Origin: an uncultured Acidobacteriota bacterium | GTDB taxonomy: Bacteria; Acidobacteriota; UBA6911 | Direction of reading: 5' to 3' | Length of the DNA stretch: 64,000 nt | Assembly: GCA_963827655.1 (NCBI GenBank) | Contig: CAWHCF010000036.1 | Span: 1-64,000, forward strand | In this document: positions 50,491 through 60,483 of the stretch, piece after piece | How positions within the stretch are numbered: the first letter of the stretch is position 1 | Layout: every line of letters begins with the position of its first letter | The notes under the pieces: model-generated | What the model was told of the DNA's origin: nothing | The model's input: only the letters and a program-made list of their open reading frames with translations | The model's database searches: none | Position numbers and translations under genes: made by a program

Positions 50491-53112
50491 TTAGTGGTCA
50501 CTTTTATCCGGCCCGTTAACCAGCGCATTGAAAACCATTTTGAACGTTCCGTGTGTCTGCGCCCGGTGCTGCGGCCTGAAGCCGATGAGCACAAACTTCC
50601 CGTCACCATACTGCGCCGAGACCATCGCCGCCTTTCGGGCGATGATCTCCTCACCGAGCAGCCACCCGCTCTGAAGGATGTCCCGGTCCGCGAACGTGAC
50701 GATCGTATCGATCTTCTCGTTGCGGTCGGTCGGGATAATCTCATAGGCCTGGCTCCCGGCCAGGAACACCGCCAGGCCCTGTGATGGCATTCCATACGCC
50801 AGCGGGTTGGCAGGGTCGTACTTGACCTTGAGCGTCGAGCCGGGACACCAGAACTCAGCCGGCTTCCTTCCCGCCACAACGTTACGCAGCGGGAGTTCGA
50901 ACTTCTCGATCGCGAGGGCGCCGGCCTCTCCGAACGCCATGAGTGTGCCGCCCTTCTGCACGAACGACCTTAATGCTTCCACGCCTTCTTTCCCGATGCC
51001 GCTGCGATACTCCGGGGGATAGACTGGCGCGCGGCTGCCGCGCTCGGGGCCGCGATCGCCTGTGATCATGCCGGGCGAATCGGAGGGCAGGATGATCACG
51101 TCGTATCGACCCTCGAGACCGCCGCTTTTGACCTCCGCGTCTTTCAAGGAGGTGTATGGGAAGCCGAAGTTCTCGAGAAGCAAGCGGGTCCAGCCCTCGT
51201 CCATGTTGCCGCCGTAATACCGCTGGTACATGCCGACCCGTGGCCGTTTGATGGCGTAGCTTCCCCGCTTGACGTCATGCTGCAGCGCATTGAAGTCGAC
51301 CCCGGTCTGCCTGGCTACCTCGCCGACCACTGCGTCGGAGCCGGCAGCAACGATGAAGTCGCCCGCCCGGAGGCTCGTGTCTCCCGGTGCGCCAACCCGC
51401 CGGACCGAGACGCCCTTGTCGAAAAGAAGGTTCATCGCCCTGAAGCTGTCGTTCAGACGTCCGTCCATGGAATATCCGAAATTTCCCTTCGCAACCTTGC
51501 CCGCCAACTCAACCGGCGCGGCGACTTTGACAAGATCGGATTGGACCGCTTCATCAACCGGATCGACCCGGATCCCCATGAACTCGGCCATCGTGTCAGT
51601 CGCCATGTCGTACGGGCGAATCGGATTGCCGTCCCGGTCACGAGTGTAGCTGTTGTCCGGATAGTGGGTCCTGCCCAGCAGCCACCGGATCACCCCCATC
51701 TTGGGCTGCGCCATCGACACGACGAAAGCCCCCGGCTTGTACATGACATCGGCGGCACTGAAGTCTTTGCGGGCTTGATGGACTTCGATGCCTTGAATCA
51801 ACAGCTGATTCACCAGCTTCGCCGCGGTTAACGGATCGTGCTGGTTGGCCGGTATCACATACGCAGCCGGTTTTCCCTGGGCGCCGCGCTCGGTCTGCCG
51901 CTTCGCTTTCAGGTAGGCGTTCCAGAGCACGGTCTCACGGTTTTTCGCGGCCAGGTCCAGGGCCGCCCAGGCCGAGATCTTCTGCCGTTCGATGATGTCG
52001 CGGAGCTTCCACCACCCGCCCGGCCAGGGATTGGGAAATGTCGTCTGCTCCTCGTACCTTGGAAGTCCCCTCGTCTCGCCTCGCAGCTGATCAGGATGAA
52101 TATAGAGGGGAGTCGCCAGCCTGGCGTTGGCGGACTCCGTGAGCATTCCGGCGATATTGTGGAACGGGGTAATCCAATGAAATCCGAAGTGTCCCCAGCC
52201 GGAATAGATCGCCGAGTTCACGATGCCTGACTTGCCTGCCTCTTCTTCCTTGTACGCAATGTGGGAGCCGTACCAGCTGAGTTCTCTCCAAACCAGCGGA
52301 TCCGCGAAAGGACGAACGGGTTCGGCGTAGGGTGGAACGTAGAGCCGGGCGCCGTAACTGCCCATGTGATGATGATCGATGTAGGCTTGAGGCATCCACT
52401 CCCGGAACAGGATCCGGGCCATGTAGCGGGACTCGATCAAGTTGGTCTGGAACGCGTCACGGTTGTTGTCGTGTCCGGCATACTTATGGTAGAGGGACGG
52501 GTAGTTCACTCCTTCCGACTCGGTCTTGAGCGTCTTCTGGTACCAGTCGGTGACCATGATCTGTCCGTCCGGGTTGAAGGACGGGATCATCAGGAAGATG
52601 ACATTGTCCAGGATGCGCTGTGTTTCCGCATCGGCGCTCGAGACCAGATCGTACGCGAGCTCGGGCGCCATCTGGCTGCCGCCGATCTCTGTGGCATGGA
52701 GGCTCATCGATTGAACGATGACAGCCTTGCCCTCGGCCACCAGCTTCTTGATCTCGGCCTCCTGCGCCCCGCGCGGGTCGCTGATCCGGGCGTTCACTTG
52801 CCGCAGCTGTTCCAGTCGTCCGAGATTGGCCGGGGAGGAGATGATCACCAGCAGGAACGGGTTCCCCATCGTGCTGGGACCCATGTCCACGACCTTTATC
52901 CTGGGGCTCGCTTTCTCGAGCACTTTGTAGTATTCGACCATCTTGTCCCAGCGCGCCATCTGCCTGTCGGCGCCAAGCTGAAATCCGAAGAACTTCTCCG
53001 GCGACGTAACCTGGTTCTGTGCCTGCGCCTCCCCGGGTAGGAACGGAGAAAGGGCCAAGATCAAGACCAGGAAAACGCGAGTGATTTGAAGGAAGTTTCT
53101 TTTTCTTATCAT
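50491..53112 (-). CDS. M14-family zinc carboxypeptidase with C-terminal glutamine-amidotransferase-like domain
   Basis: LHATEIG (HxxE), NPDG, GHDNNRD, DHHHMG; signal peptide; DEGWTR..LE.F. Confidence 0.88.
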   Translation of the reverse strand: MIRKRNFLQITRVFLVLILALSPFLPGEAQAQNQVTSPEKFFGFQLGADRQMARWDKMVEYYKVLEKASPRIKVVDMGPSTMGNPFLLVIISSPANLGRLEQLRQVNARISDPRGAQEAEIKKLVAEGKAVIVQSMSLHATEIGGSQMAPELAYDLVSSADAETQRILDNVIFLMIPSFNPDGQIMVTDWYQKTLKTESEGVNYPSLYHKYAGHDNNRDAFQTNLIESRYMARILFREWMPQAYIDHHHMGSYGARLYVPPYAEPVRPFADPLVWRELSWYGSHIAYKEEEAGKSGIVNSAIYSGWGHFGFHWITPFHNIAGMLTESANARLATPLYIHPDQLRGETRGLPRYEEQTTFPNPWPGGWWKLRDIIERQKISAWAALDLAAKNRETVLWNAYLKAKRQTERGAQGKPAAYVIPANQHDPLTAAKLVNQLLIQGIEVHQARKDFSAADVMYKPGAFVVSMAQPKMGVIRWLLGRTHYPDNSYTRDRDGNPIRPYDMATDTMAEFMGIRVDPVDEAVQSDLVKVAAPVELAGKVAKGNFGYSMDGRLNDSFRAMNLLFDKGVSVRRVGAPGDTSLRAGDFIVAAGSDAVVGEVARQTGVDFNALQHDVKRGSYAIKRPRVGMYQRYYGGNMDEGWTRLLLENFGFPYTSLKDAEVKSGGLEGRYDVIILPSDSPGMITGDRGPERGSRAPVYPPEYRSGIGKEGVEALRSFVQKGGTLMAFGEAGALAIEKFELPLRNVVAGRKPAEFWCPGSTLKVKYDPANPLAYGMPSQGLAVFLAGSQAYEIIPTDRNEKIDTIVTFADRDILQSGWLLGEEIIARKAAMVSAQYGDGKFVLIGFRPQHRAQTHGTFKMVFNALVNGPDKSDH

Positions 53113-53182
53113 CGGGTTCTCCTTCGAGGACCGGCGTTCGGTATGGTGCGAATACTACTCCAGTCAATTCGAACAACAAAAC

Positions 53183-53232
53183 TTTACCGAATCTTTACAC
53201 TTAACCGGTCTTAGCCCAACGAACCCTTTACA
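53183..53232. promoter_or_regulatory. CpxR/OmpR-like binding site upstream of the Spy/CpxP-like gene
   Basis: TTTAC-N6-TTTAC, then CCAACGAACCCTTTACA at +33; same layout at 56141. Confidence 0.6.
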
Positions 53233-53323
53233 TTCTTTCGATCTGTAATAGACGTTTGGTGCAGTAACCACCAAGACACGAGGACAGAAAGAAACGCAAA
53301 GCTTTAATAAGGAGAAAAATTCT

Positions 53324-53848
53324 ATGAAGAAACGAAATCGGTTGGTTGTCGCGACGCTGGCAATTGGCCTGCTGGCGATTGGGTCGGGCTTGATCTGGGC
53401 GCAAACTACTTCAACCGTGGATCATCTGGCCCGGTTGAACCGCGCGCTTGCGGATGCCGGGGCCCCGGCGCTGACCACAACTCAGGAACAGCAACTCAAC
53501 GCCCTGATAACAACCGCACGGAGCAGCCGGCAGGGTCGCGGGCCTTCTGCGGAAGTTCAGGCGGCACGCACCGCATATGACAATGCGCTGCTTGCCGGCG
53601 ATACGAATACAGCGGTGGCGCAGGCCGCCATTATCGCCAGTGCTACGACTTCCGACCTGCGAGCAAGACTGGAAGCGGATGCAAACTTCGTCGTCCAGGC
53701 TCTGAACGTCCTGAAGAGTAATGGAGACCAGATCGGCGCGCTGCAAAGGAGCATCGGCAACGCGGGATTGCTGCGCCTGGTAAGCTCCCTCGCGGGCGGG
53801 CCGGGCGGGGGTTTCGGGGGCGGCCCCAGACCACGCGGCGGACGCTAA
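53324..53848 (+). CDS. Exported helical protein, Spy/CpxP-like
   Basis: Signal peptide, LTTTQEQQ (LTxxQ-like), Gly-rich tail; adjacent to a Cpx-like two-component system. Confidence 0.55.
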   Translation: MKKRNRLVVATLAIGLLAIGSGLIWAQTTSTVDHLARLNRALADAGAPALTTTQEQQLNALITTARSSRQGRGPSAEVQAARTAYDNALLAGDTNTAVAQAAIIASATTSDLRARLEADANFVVQALNVLKSNGDQIGALQRSIGNAGLLRLVSSLAGGPGGGFGGGPRPRGGR

Positions 53849-55351
53849 CTCAAGACTTGCTGGCTTGGGTTTTGATCGGCCGGCAGGGAAATAATCACTT
53901 CCAGTCCGGACGGAACACGGTTTCGGCTCTCGACGGTGCCGCCGCATGCTTCGATGCAGCTTCGGACGATCGCGAGCCCGAGACCGGTTCCGCCGGTCCG
54001 GCGGTCGCGCGAATCTTCCAGCCGATAAAAGGGAGTAAAGATCTTGTCCAGGGCGTCCTCGGGGACCCCTGGTCCCGAATCGGCCACGCTGATCCGGATC
54101 TGATGGTTTTCTCCCTGGGCCGTGATTCGGATCGGGCCCTTATCGCCGGCATAGCGCACGGCATTCCTCAGGATGTTGGCGAAGCGACCGGATCAGGTAT
54201 TCCGGGTTGGCTTGAACATGGATCGATGGATCGACCTCCACGCGAATGTCGACACCGTCGGCGGATTCCCGTCGCGCCGCCGTCCGGGCGGCGTCAGCGA
54301 CGTTGGTAGGCACGAGATTCAGCGGGTTCGGGGTCGTTTCCGCCTTGGCCAGCTGGAGCAATTCGCCGGTCAGGCGCGACATCATGTCGATGTCTTCCTT
54401 CAAGTCGTCGATATGTTTCTGCGTATCGGGATGTTTGTTTCGTTCCAGTATCCCGGTTGCCACTTGCATCCGTGCGATCGGCGAGCGGAGCTCATGGGCG
54501 ACGGCTCCCAGAAAACGCTTCCGTCCCTCGGTGAATGTTTCGAGACGTCCGGCCATCCGATTGATCGAGGCCGCAAGATGTCCCAGCTCGTCATGACGCT
54601 TTACGTTCAAGGCTACGTCGAAACGCCCTTCAGCAATGTGCGCGGTGGCGCGCATCATGTCTGCGATGGACTGAGTCAGGCGCCGAACGAGGGGCAGCCA
54701 GCACAACGCGGATATGAGGACGGCGGCCGCGGCGATTCCCAGCCACGGCGCGATCTCGAAGAAGAAGGAGTTGGTGAAAAAGGTCGGTGAAATCAGCATG
54801 AGAACGCTGCGCAAGGGTTCGCGGTCCGGTTCCTCGATGATGGGCATTCGAACGCCGACCCAGTATTTGATCTGCGCGCTTGTGACTGCGAGGAATGGGG
54901 GGCCCGGGGGCATGGATCGAAACTCGAACGGCTCCCGGCTCTTCCTGGGCCGCGGCGAAAACTCACCGCGGAAGCCATGGCCGCCCCGGCGCGGTGGAGG
55001 CGGCCCGCCGCGCGGCATCCGGACATCGACCTCAGGGGGCAAGGGCGTTGGGGGACCTGCCAGTTGCTCACCGGTATTCCGATAAAGAAGAAAAGTGACC
55101 CCGTGCTCGGACGAATAGCGCTTCAGGACTTCATCCCACTGCGACCGGTCCGTGGTCTGCAGGTCCACCGCCACGAGCGCGGTGATCGCCGTGATTCGAT
55201 GGCGCGCCTCGTCCATCAGAAAGGACTCGAATTCCGGTCTCAACTGCAGGCGCAGAAAAATAGCGAATACAATCGCGAGAATCGCCAGGTTCGCTGCCGA
55301 AAGCAGCAGGATCTTGGTCCACAGGGGAAAGCGCGGTTTCTCCTGCATCAT
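53845..55351 (-). CDS. HAMP sensor histidine kinase, CpxA-like (frameshift ~54180)
   Basis: Two TM helices, DELGHLA.SIN.M HAMP, VAHELRSP H-box; N..RNA.RY, D.GPG, F.PFYR, GGTGLGLAI in a shifted frame. Confidence 0.88.
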
Positions 55352-56088
55352 TCCATCTCCGGCTTCTTCATCCGGTATCCGACGGCTCGGATCGTCTCGA
55401 TGTAGCGAGGCGCTTTCGGATCGTCGCCCAGCTTCTTTCTCAGTGAAGACACATGAACATCCACGGAACGGTCAAACGATTCAAAATCGCGATCGGCCAC
55501 TTCGAGCAGCAGCTGCTCCCGTGTCTTCACCCAGCCCGCGGCGCGCGCCAGCGAGAGCAGAATGTCGTATTCGATCGGCGTCAACGACAATACCCTATCG
55601 CCGAGGGTGGCCTTTCGAGCGGAGGGGTCGATCCAAAGTTCGCCGACGGACACGGGCGCCTCGCGCGTCTCTTTCTGCTGCTGGACCGTCAGAAAGGAAC
55701 GTCGCAAGACCGCTCGCAGCCGGGCCAGAAGCTCCCGCGTCGAAAACGTTTTGGGCAGATAATCGTCCGCGCCCACCTCGAGGCCGACGATCCGGTCCGG
55801 CTCGTCTCCCAAAGCGGTCAACATCAGGACTGGAACCGATGCATGCTTCCGGATCTCGCGCAGTACGTCGAAGCCGTTCATTCCCGGAAGCATCACGTCG
55901 AGAATGACGGCGGCGTAGCCGCCTTGCAAAACCCGCTGCAGTCCCTCTGCGCCGTTGTGGACCAGATCGACCGAATAACCCAGCGGCGCGAGGTACTCGC
56001 GCAGCAGACGGCACAGCTTCACGTCATCATCGATGATGAGAAGCTGCGTCAGCGCTTCGTGTCCGCTGCTGTCAATACTCGCGCTCAT
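55348..56088 (-). CDS. OmpR-family response regulator, CpxR-like
   Basis: IIDDD, ILDVMLP, MLTA, GADDYLPK; winged HTH DRSVDVHVS.LRKKL, IETIR.VGY. Confidence 0.92.
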   Translation of the reverse strand: MSASIDSSGHEALTQLLIIDDDVKLCRLLREYLAPLGYSVDLVHNGAEGLQRVLQGGYAAVILDVMLPGMNGFDVLREIRKHASVPVLMLTALGDEPDRIVGLEVGADDYLPKTFSTRELLARLRAVLRRSFLTVQQQKETREAPVSVGELWIDPSARKATLGDRVLSLTPIEYDILLSLARAAGWVKTREQLLLEVADRDFESFDRSVDVHVSSLRKKLGDDPKAPRYIETIRAVGYRMKKPEME

Positions 56089-56140
56089 GAAATGATCTCT
56101 GTCTCGATTATATCGACTCGTTCTGGCCGTCCGAACGGAC

Positions 56141-56190
56141 TTTACTGTTTTTTTACACTTCAGCGGACTTCAGCCAACGAACCCTTTACA
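56141..56190. promoter_or_regulatory. Second CpxR/OmpR-like site, between the regulator and the dioxygenase gene
   Basis: TTTAC-N6-TTTAC ... CCAACGAACCCTTTACA with the same 11/33/44-bp spacing as at 53183. Confidence 0.6.
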
Positions 56191-56296
56191 CTCTCCCGTC
56201 TGATCAGACTACAGTTTTGGAGGATGTTTTGGGATCAGAACAAGAATCAACCACTAAGACGCGAAGAAAAACTAACACTAAGAAAGGCAAACGAAC

Positions 56297-57283
56297 GTGA
56301 ACCAGACAACGGATTATCTGTTCTCGAATCGACGGCAGTTTCTTACGCGCCTGGGACTGGCCGGCATGGGCAGCCTGCTGTTTAACGAGCCCGGAGCATT
56401 TGCTCAGGAACTCGTGCGCACGCCCGATCAGACCGAGGGGCCCTATTATCCTACCAGCCTTCCTTTAGACACGGATAACGATCTACTCGTGATCAATAAC
56501 AGCATTACGCCCGCCGTAGGCCAGATCACGTATCTCAGCGGTCGTATCCTCACTCCGAGCGGGGACCCCGTCCGCAACGCGACGATGGAGATCTGGCAGG
56601 CGGACAATTCCGGTGCCTACATCCATCCTTCGAGCATCGGTTATGCGAACCGCGATCGGAATTTTCAAGGGTTCGGCCGTTTTCTGACGGGGTCGACGGG
56701 AGAGTACTTCTTCAGAACCATTAAGGCGGGGCTGTATCCCGGGCGGACGCGGCACATCCATTTCAAGGTCAAAGTGTCCGGCATGCCGGACTTGACCTCG
56801 CAGCTCTATTTCCTGGGCGAGCCGCAGAACGCTATGGACGGCATTCTGAACGGAATTCAGAATGTGCAGGCACGAAACTCGGTCGTCGTTCCATTTGTTC
56901 CGATTGAAGGCTCGACCATCGGCGCCATCGCCGCGCGGTTTGACATTGTGCTTGGGATCACTCCGAGTTCGGTTCCTGTCCTGACCCTGCTGAACACGAC
57001 CAATCTTGCACGCAACCCCGCGTTCCACGCAGGCGATAGCTGGCGGCTGGACTTGCAAGACGCTTCTCCCGCTTCGCCGGTACACCTGCGTTTCTGGAGA
57101 GACAACGTCGACCTGGGAGTGTCCGGTCCTTACGGAAGCGCTACGGACAGCAATGGCGCATGGACGCTGTCAGGCAGTTTCGGCGCGTCGGAAGTTGGAT
57201 CCTGGCAATTGCAGGCCGTGATCGGCAGCGCCACCGGGAGCGAAACGTCGGCTCCGGTCGCCCTCCGGATCTCAAACGTGTAA
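56297..57283 (+). CDS. Tat-exported intradiol ring-cleavage dioxygenase-like protein with extra C-terminal domain
   Basis: NRRQFL; TEGPYY, EIWQAD..GAY, G.YPGRTRHIHF (Tyr/Tyr/His/His ligands), TSQLYF. Confidence 0.85.
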   Translation: MNQTTDYLFSNRRQFLTRLGLAGMGSLLFNEPGAFAQELVRTPDQTEGPYYPTSLPLDTDNDLLVINNSITPAVGQITYLSGRILTPSGDPVRNATMEIWQADNSGAYIHPSSIGYANRDRNFQGFGRFLTGSTGEYFFRTIKAGLYPGRTRHIHFKVKVSGMPDLTSQLYFLGEPQNAMDGILNGIQNVQARNSVVVPFVPIEGSTIGAIAARFDIVLGITPSSVPVLTLLNTTNLARNPAFHAGDSWRLDLQDASPASPVHLRFWRDNVDLGVSGPYGSATDSNGAWTLSGSFGASEVGSWQLQAVIGSATGSETSAPVALRISNV

Positions 57284-57342
57284 ATTGCTTCCTCGGGGGC
57301 CGCGCAAACTCCAGAGCGGGCGTCCTCAGCCTGGTCGGGCGA

Positions 57343-57909
57343 TCAAGCGGGCGGGAAGAACTCTGCCAGCGGAAGATGGAAGCCCGGCAGGACATCCTCA
57401 CCATCGAGGTCGTCGCTTTCGTGCAGAAGCCGGGCCGAGCCGCCGGCGCGATAAACGGTCGCCGTGCGCGATTCAGGCGACAGAACCCAGACTATGCGCG
57501 CGCCCGCCTCGAGCAGGTCGCGCACTCGCTGCTCGACCTCGACCACGCGATCAGAGGGCGAAATCACCTCGACCGCCAGGTCAGGAGCGCCGCGCAGGTA
57601 TTTCTTCGGGAGCTTTCCCCCTTCGAACCGTGACTCCGAAACGAACGCCACGTCGGGTCCTCGGACCCGGTCGGGATCCTGTGGAAGTTCAAGGATGCAG
57701 CCGCTTCCTACGACCACGACGCCCGCTCGGCTTCGGTCCACAAAGTCCGACAGTCTATGCGCCGTGCGGGCGACAACGTCGCCGTGAAGGAAGCCCGGCG
57801 GCGGCATCTTTATGATCTCTCCGTTGACCAGCTCGTAGCGGTGGTCCCGGTCGGAAATCTCGAAGAGATCGTCGGGCGTAGCCCGTGCCTTCGTAGCCAT
57901 GATGCGCAC
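57343..57909 (-). CDS. Uma2 (DUF820) family endonuclease
   Basis: YELVNG.I..M.P....HG, R.PDVAFV, APDLAVEVISP, VWV..P, DVLPGF.L. Confidence 0.9.
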   Translation of the reverse strand: MRIMATKARATPDDLFEISDRDHRYELVNGEIIKMPPPGFLHGDVVARTAHRLSDFVDRSRAGVVVVGSGCILELPQDPDRVRGPDVAFVSESRFEGGKLPKKYLRGAPDLAVEVISPSDRVVEVEQRVRDLLEAGARIVWVLSPESRTATVYRAGGSARLLHESDDLDGEDVLPGFHLPLAEFFPPA

Positions 57910-58053
57910 CTCTGGTTCGTCGTTCGTGCCGAAGAAAACCAGATCATACCTCTATTAACGGACGGCGGTCAATTTGAGCAAGTATTTCTAGCGAGCGAGC
58001 TTCACAGGGCGGAGTGCACAAATACCACTAAGACTCAAAGACACGAAGAATTG

Positions 58054-59031
58054 CTACTTGTAGATTGGTTCGAGGGTCTCGCGGATGTACTTGCGGCAGC
58101 GGCTGAAGCTGTGGCTCGGGCTGACCGGCGTGTAGTGGTGATCAATAGTGATCCAGCCCTTGAAGCGAATCCTCCGCAGAACCCGGAGAATCGCCGGCAG
58201 GTCCACCTCGCCGTCGCCGTAATCCTGGTTGCAAAGCATGAACGTCGCCCCCTGGGTCTCGGCCTTCTCGACCTTGCCGTTGGCGAGCACCAGGTCTTTG
58301 GTGGCAAAAACGTACTTCGCGTCGACCAGGTCCATCGAAAGCAGCCGATGGGCGTACTTTTCGAACAGCCCGGTAATATCGCAGCCGCCGAGATAGAGAT
58401 GAATCGTATCCGGCGACCAATGAAAGCGTTTGGGATCGGTGAGCTTCAGCATCAGCTCGACCTCATCCTGACTCTCCACCAGCTGCCCTTGCGAGTGGTT
58501 GTGCTGTCCGGCCCGGATGCCGTAGCCGGCGCACAGGTCGCCCAGCCGATTCCAGAACTCGCAGGCGATTCGCATGTGCTCGCGCACCAGCACCTTGTTG
58601 GGCCGCCGCGGCGAGAACACGGTCAGTACGTCCGAGCCGAAGTGCTTGAGAAACTTGCAGGCTTCGTGGGCGGAAGCCTCCAGCTTCGGATGCTCGGCCG
58701 GTTCGCTGGCCTGACCGCCCCAGGACATGGTTGCCACCCGGAGATTGCGCCGGGATAGTTCCTTTTCGAGCACCGGAACCTGCATCCCGTATCGGTCGAG
58801 CGACTGTGGCCAGCCCGTGAGGCGGAAGCCGTCGAATCCGGTGTCCTTGATCACGTCGAGCATGTCGGTAAACCGAGCCGAGCCGTCTTCTTTCCACTGG
58901 GTGGAGGTCCACAGGAACATGCTCACCGACCAGAGGATATTGCGGTCGCCGGACTGCGCGGCAGCTTCGATACGGCCCCTCAGTGCCTCGAGGGCGGCTG
59001 CCATAGCTGCCAGGAATTCTCGCCTCCTCAT
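58054..59031 (-). CDS. Sugar phosphate isomerase/epimerase (IolE/xylose isomerase-like TIM barrel)
   Basis: RRREFL Tat motif; HNH, PDTIHL, G.GEVD and F.GWITID motifs. Confidence 0.75.
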   Translation of the reverse strand: MRRREFLAAMAAALEALRGRIEAAAQSGDRNILWSVSMFLWTSTQWKEDGSARFTDMLDVIKDTGFDGFRLTGWPQSLDRYGMQVPVLEKELSRRNLRVATMSWGGQASEPAEHPKLEASAHEACKFLKHFGSDVLTVFSPRRPNKVLVREHMRIACEFWNRLGDLCAGYGIRAGQHNHSQGQLVESQDEVELMLKLTDPKRFHWSPDTIHLYLGGCDITGLFEKYAHRLLSMDLVDAKYVFATKDLVLANGKVEKAETQGATFMLCNQDYGDGEVDLPAILRVLRRIRFKGWITIDHHYTPVSPSHSFSRCRKYIRETLEPIYK

Positions 59032-59077
59032 AGCTCGTTTCTTCGTGTCTTAGAGGTTGGTTCTTGTTCCGCCGTGC

Positions 59078-60355
59078 TCAAAAAAACGTGCGGTACAGGT
59101 CCAAGACCGAGTAGCCGTCGTCGACCACGGGAATGACGCGCCACTTGTCGATGACCGTGCACGGGTGCGAGACGCCGCAGACGACGCGGTCCCCTACGTC
59201 GAGCCGGACGCCGCCGGCGAATTCGAGAAATGCGTGCTGGTCGTTCGTGCCGGTCACGCGCGCTCCCCGAAGCGGGCGCGCGCGCTCCAGCGGCTCGCCG
59301 GGCGCGAGTGCCCAGAGCGGCTCGGGCAGCTCCATGTCGTAGGAGCAGTCGCGTTTGCCGAACGTCAGAATGGCCCAGTTCGGGTCCGGTATCGACTGGA
59401 CGTAGGACCAGAGTTCGAGCGCCGGCCGGAACTCGGGTATTGCCTCGGCACCCGAGCGCACGCGCGCCTCGGCGTGTTTCCGGATGTAGAAGCCGTGGTC
59501 ATGCGTGACGTAGCATCCGCTTCGCACCAACGGCCGGTAGGGCGCTTCGACAGCCGTGAAAGCGTCGGCGACCAGATCCATGTATGCCGAGCCGCCGGCA
59601 CTGACCAAGAGGGTCTCGCCCCCCGGCTCGGCGGCGAGCGCGCCGGCAAGCCTCAACAGTCCGGCCAGGAACTCGCGCACCTGATCCGCTTCGCTCAAGT
59701 CCTGTCCGGCCTGCGCCAGACCTTCGAAGCCCTCGACTCCCACGAACTCGAGCTCGCGCGGGTGAGCGAGAATAGCGCCGTGTACGCGCCGGCCGTCCTC
59801 GATCGAGCGGACGCCGCCGCGCCAGCCGGTTTGCCCCCATTCGACAAACACTCTCACCGGCCGTGCCAGGCCGACGGCCGCGAGATGCCGGGCCAGATAG
59901 TCGGTGCCGGCAACACTGTCCACCAGGCAATAGACTTCAAGGCGTGGATTCGACTGGAGCGCGGCGGCTATCGAGGCGATGTTGGCCTTGCCGACAAGCT
60001 GGTTCGCGATCAGCACGCGTTCGATGCCGGCGCTCGCGCATACGAGCGCCTGCGACGCATTGGCAACCGTGATTCCCCATGCGCCCCGGTCGAGCTGACG
60101 GCGGTAGATCTGCGGGCACATGGTCGTCTTCCCATGCGGGGCGAACAGGAATCCTCTGCCGGCGCACCAGCGCGCCATCGCATCCAGGTTATGGTCGAGG
60201 GCCGAGTCCTTTAACACCAGGAGCGGTAGATGGAGGTCTTCGTCGAGAAGATTCCAGCCTTGCCGGGCGGCGCTCGAGGCCGTAATCTCGACGCCGGCCG
60301 GGATGCCCTTCTCAACACTTGTGACGGTATCGGTGATTCGATTGAGGTCGATCAT
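59078..60355 (-). CDS. PLP-dependent D-amino acid deaminase (D-serine/D-glucosaminate dehydratase-like, alanine racemase fold)
   Basis: APHGKTTM.P, ANQL, GVEGFEG, SAGGS, RSGCYVTHD.G, GKRD, DQH, SHPCT..DKW. Confidence 0.85.
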   Translation of the reverse strand: MIDLNRITDTVTSVEKGIPAGVEITASSAARQGWNLLDEDLHLPLLVLKDSALDHNLDAMARWCAGRGFLFAPHGKTTMCPQIYRRQLDRGAWGITVANASQALVCASAGIERVLIANQLVGKANIASIAAALQSNPRLEVYCLVDSVAGTDYLARHLAAVGLARPVRVFVEWGQTGWRGGVRSIEDGRRVHGAILAHPRELEFVGVEGFEGLAQAGQDLSEADQVREFLAGLLRLAGALAAEPGGETLLVSAGGSAYMDLVADAFTAVEAPYRPLVRSGCYVTHDHGFYIRKHAEARVRSGAEAIPEFRPALELWSYVQSIPDPNWAILTFGKRDCSYDMELPEPLWALAPGEPLERARPLRGARVTGTNDQHAFLEFAGGVRLDVGDRVVCGVSHPCTVIDKWRVIPVVDDGYSVLDLYRTFF

Positions 60356-60483
60356 GATGGCGCGAGGATATCAGAAAAAAAAGCCCGCCGCCAACTCCAC
60401 AGGGCGAGGCTGCGAGAAGCCGGATCGAGTTTTGCCCCGCGGCCACAAGGCGATGCACCCGGGGCCGAAGGCTGGCGGCGCAT

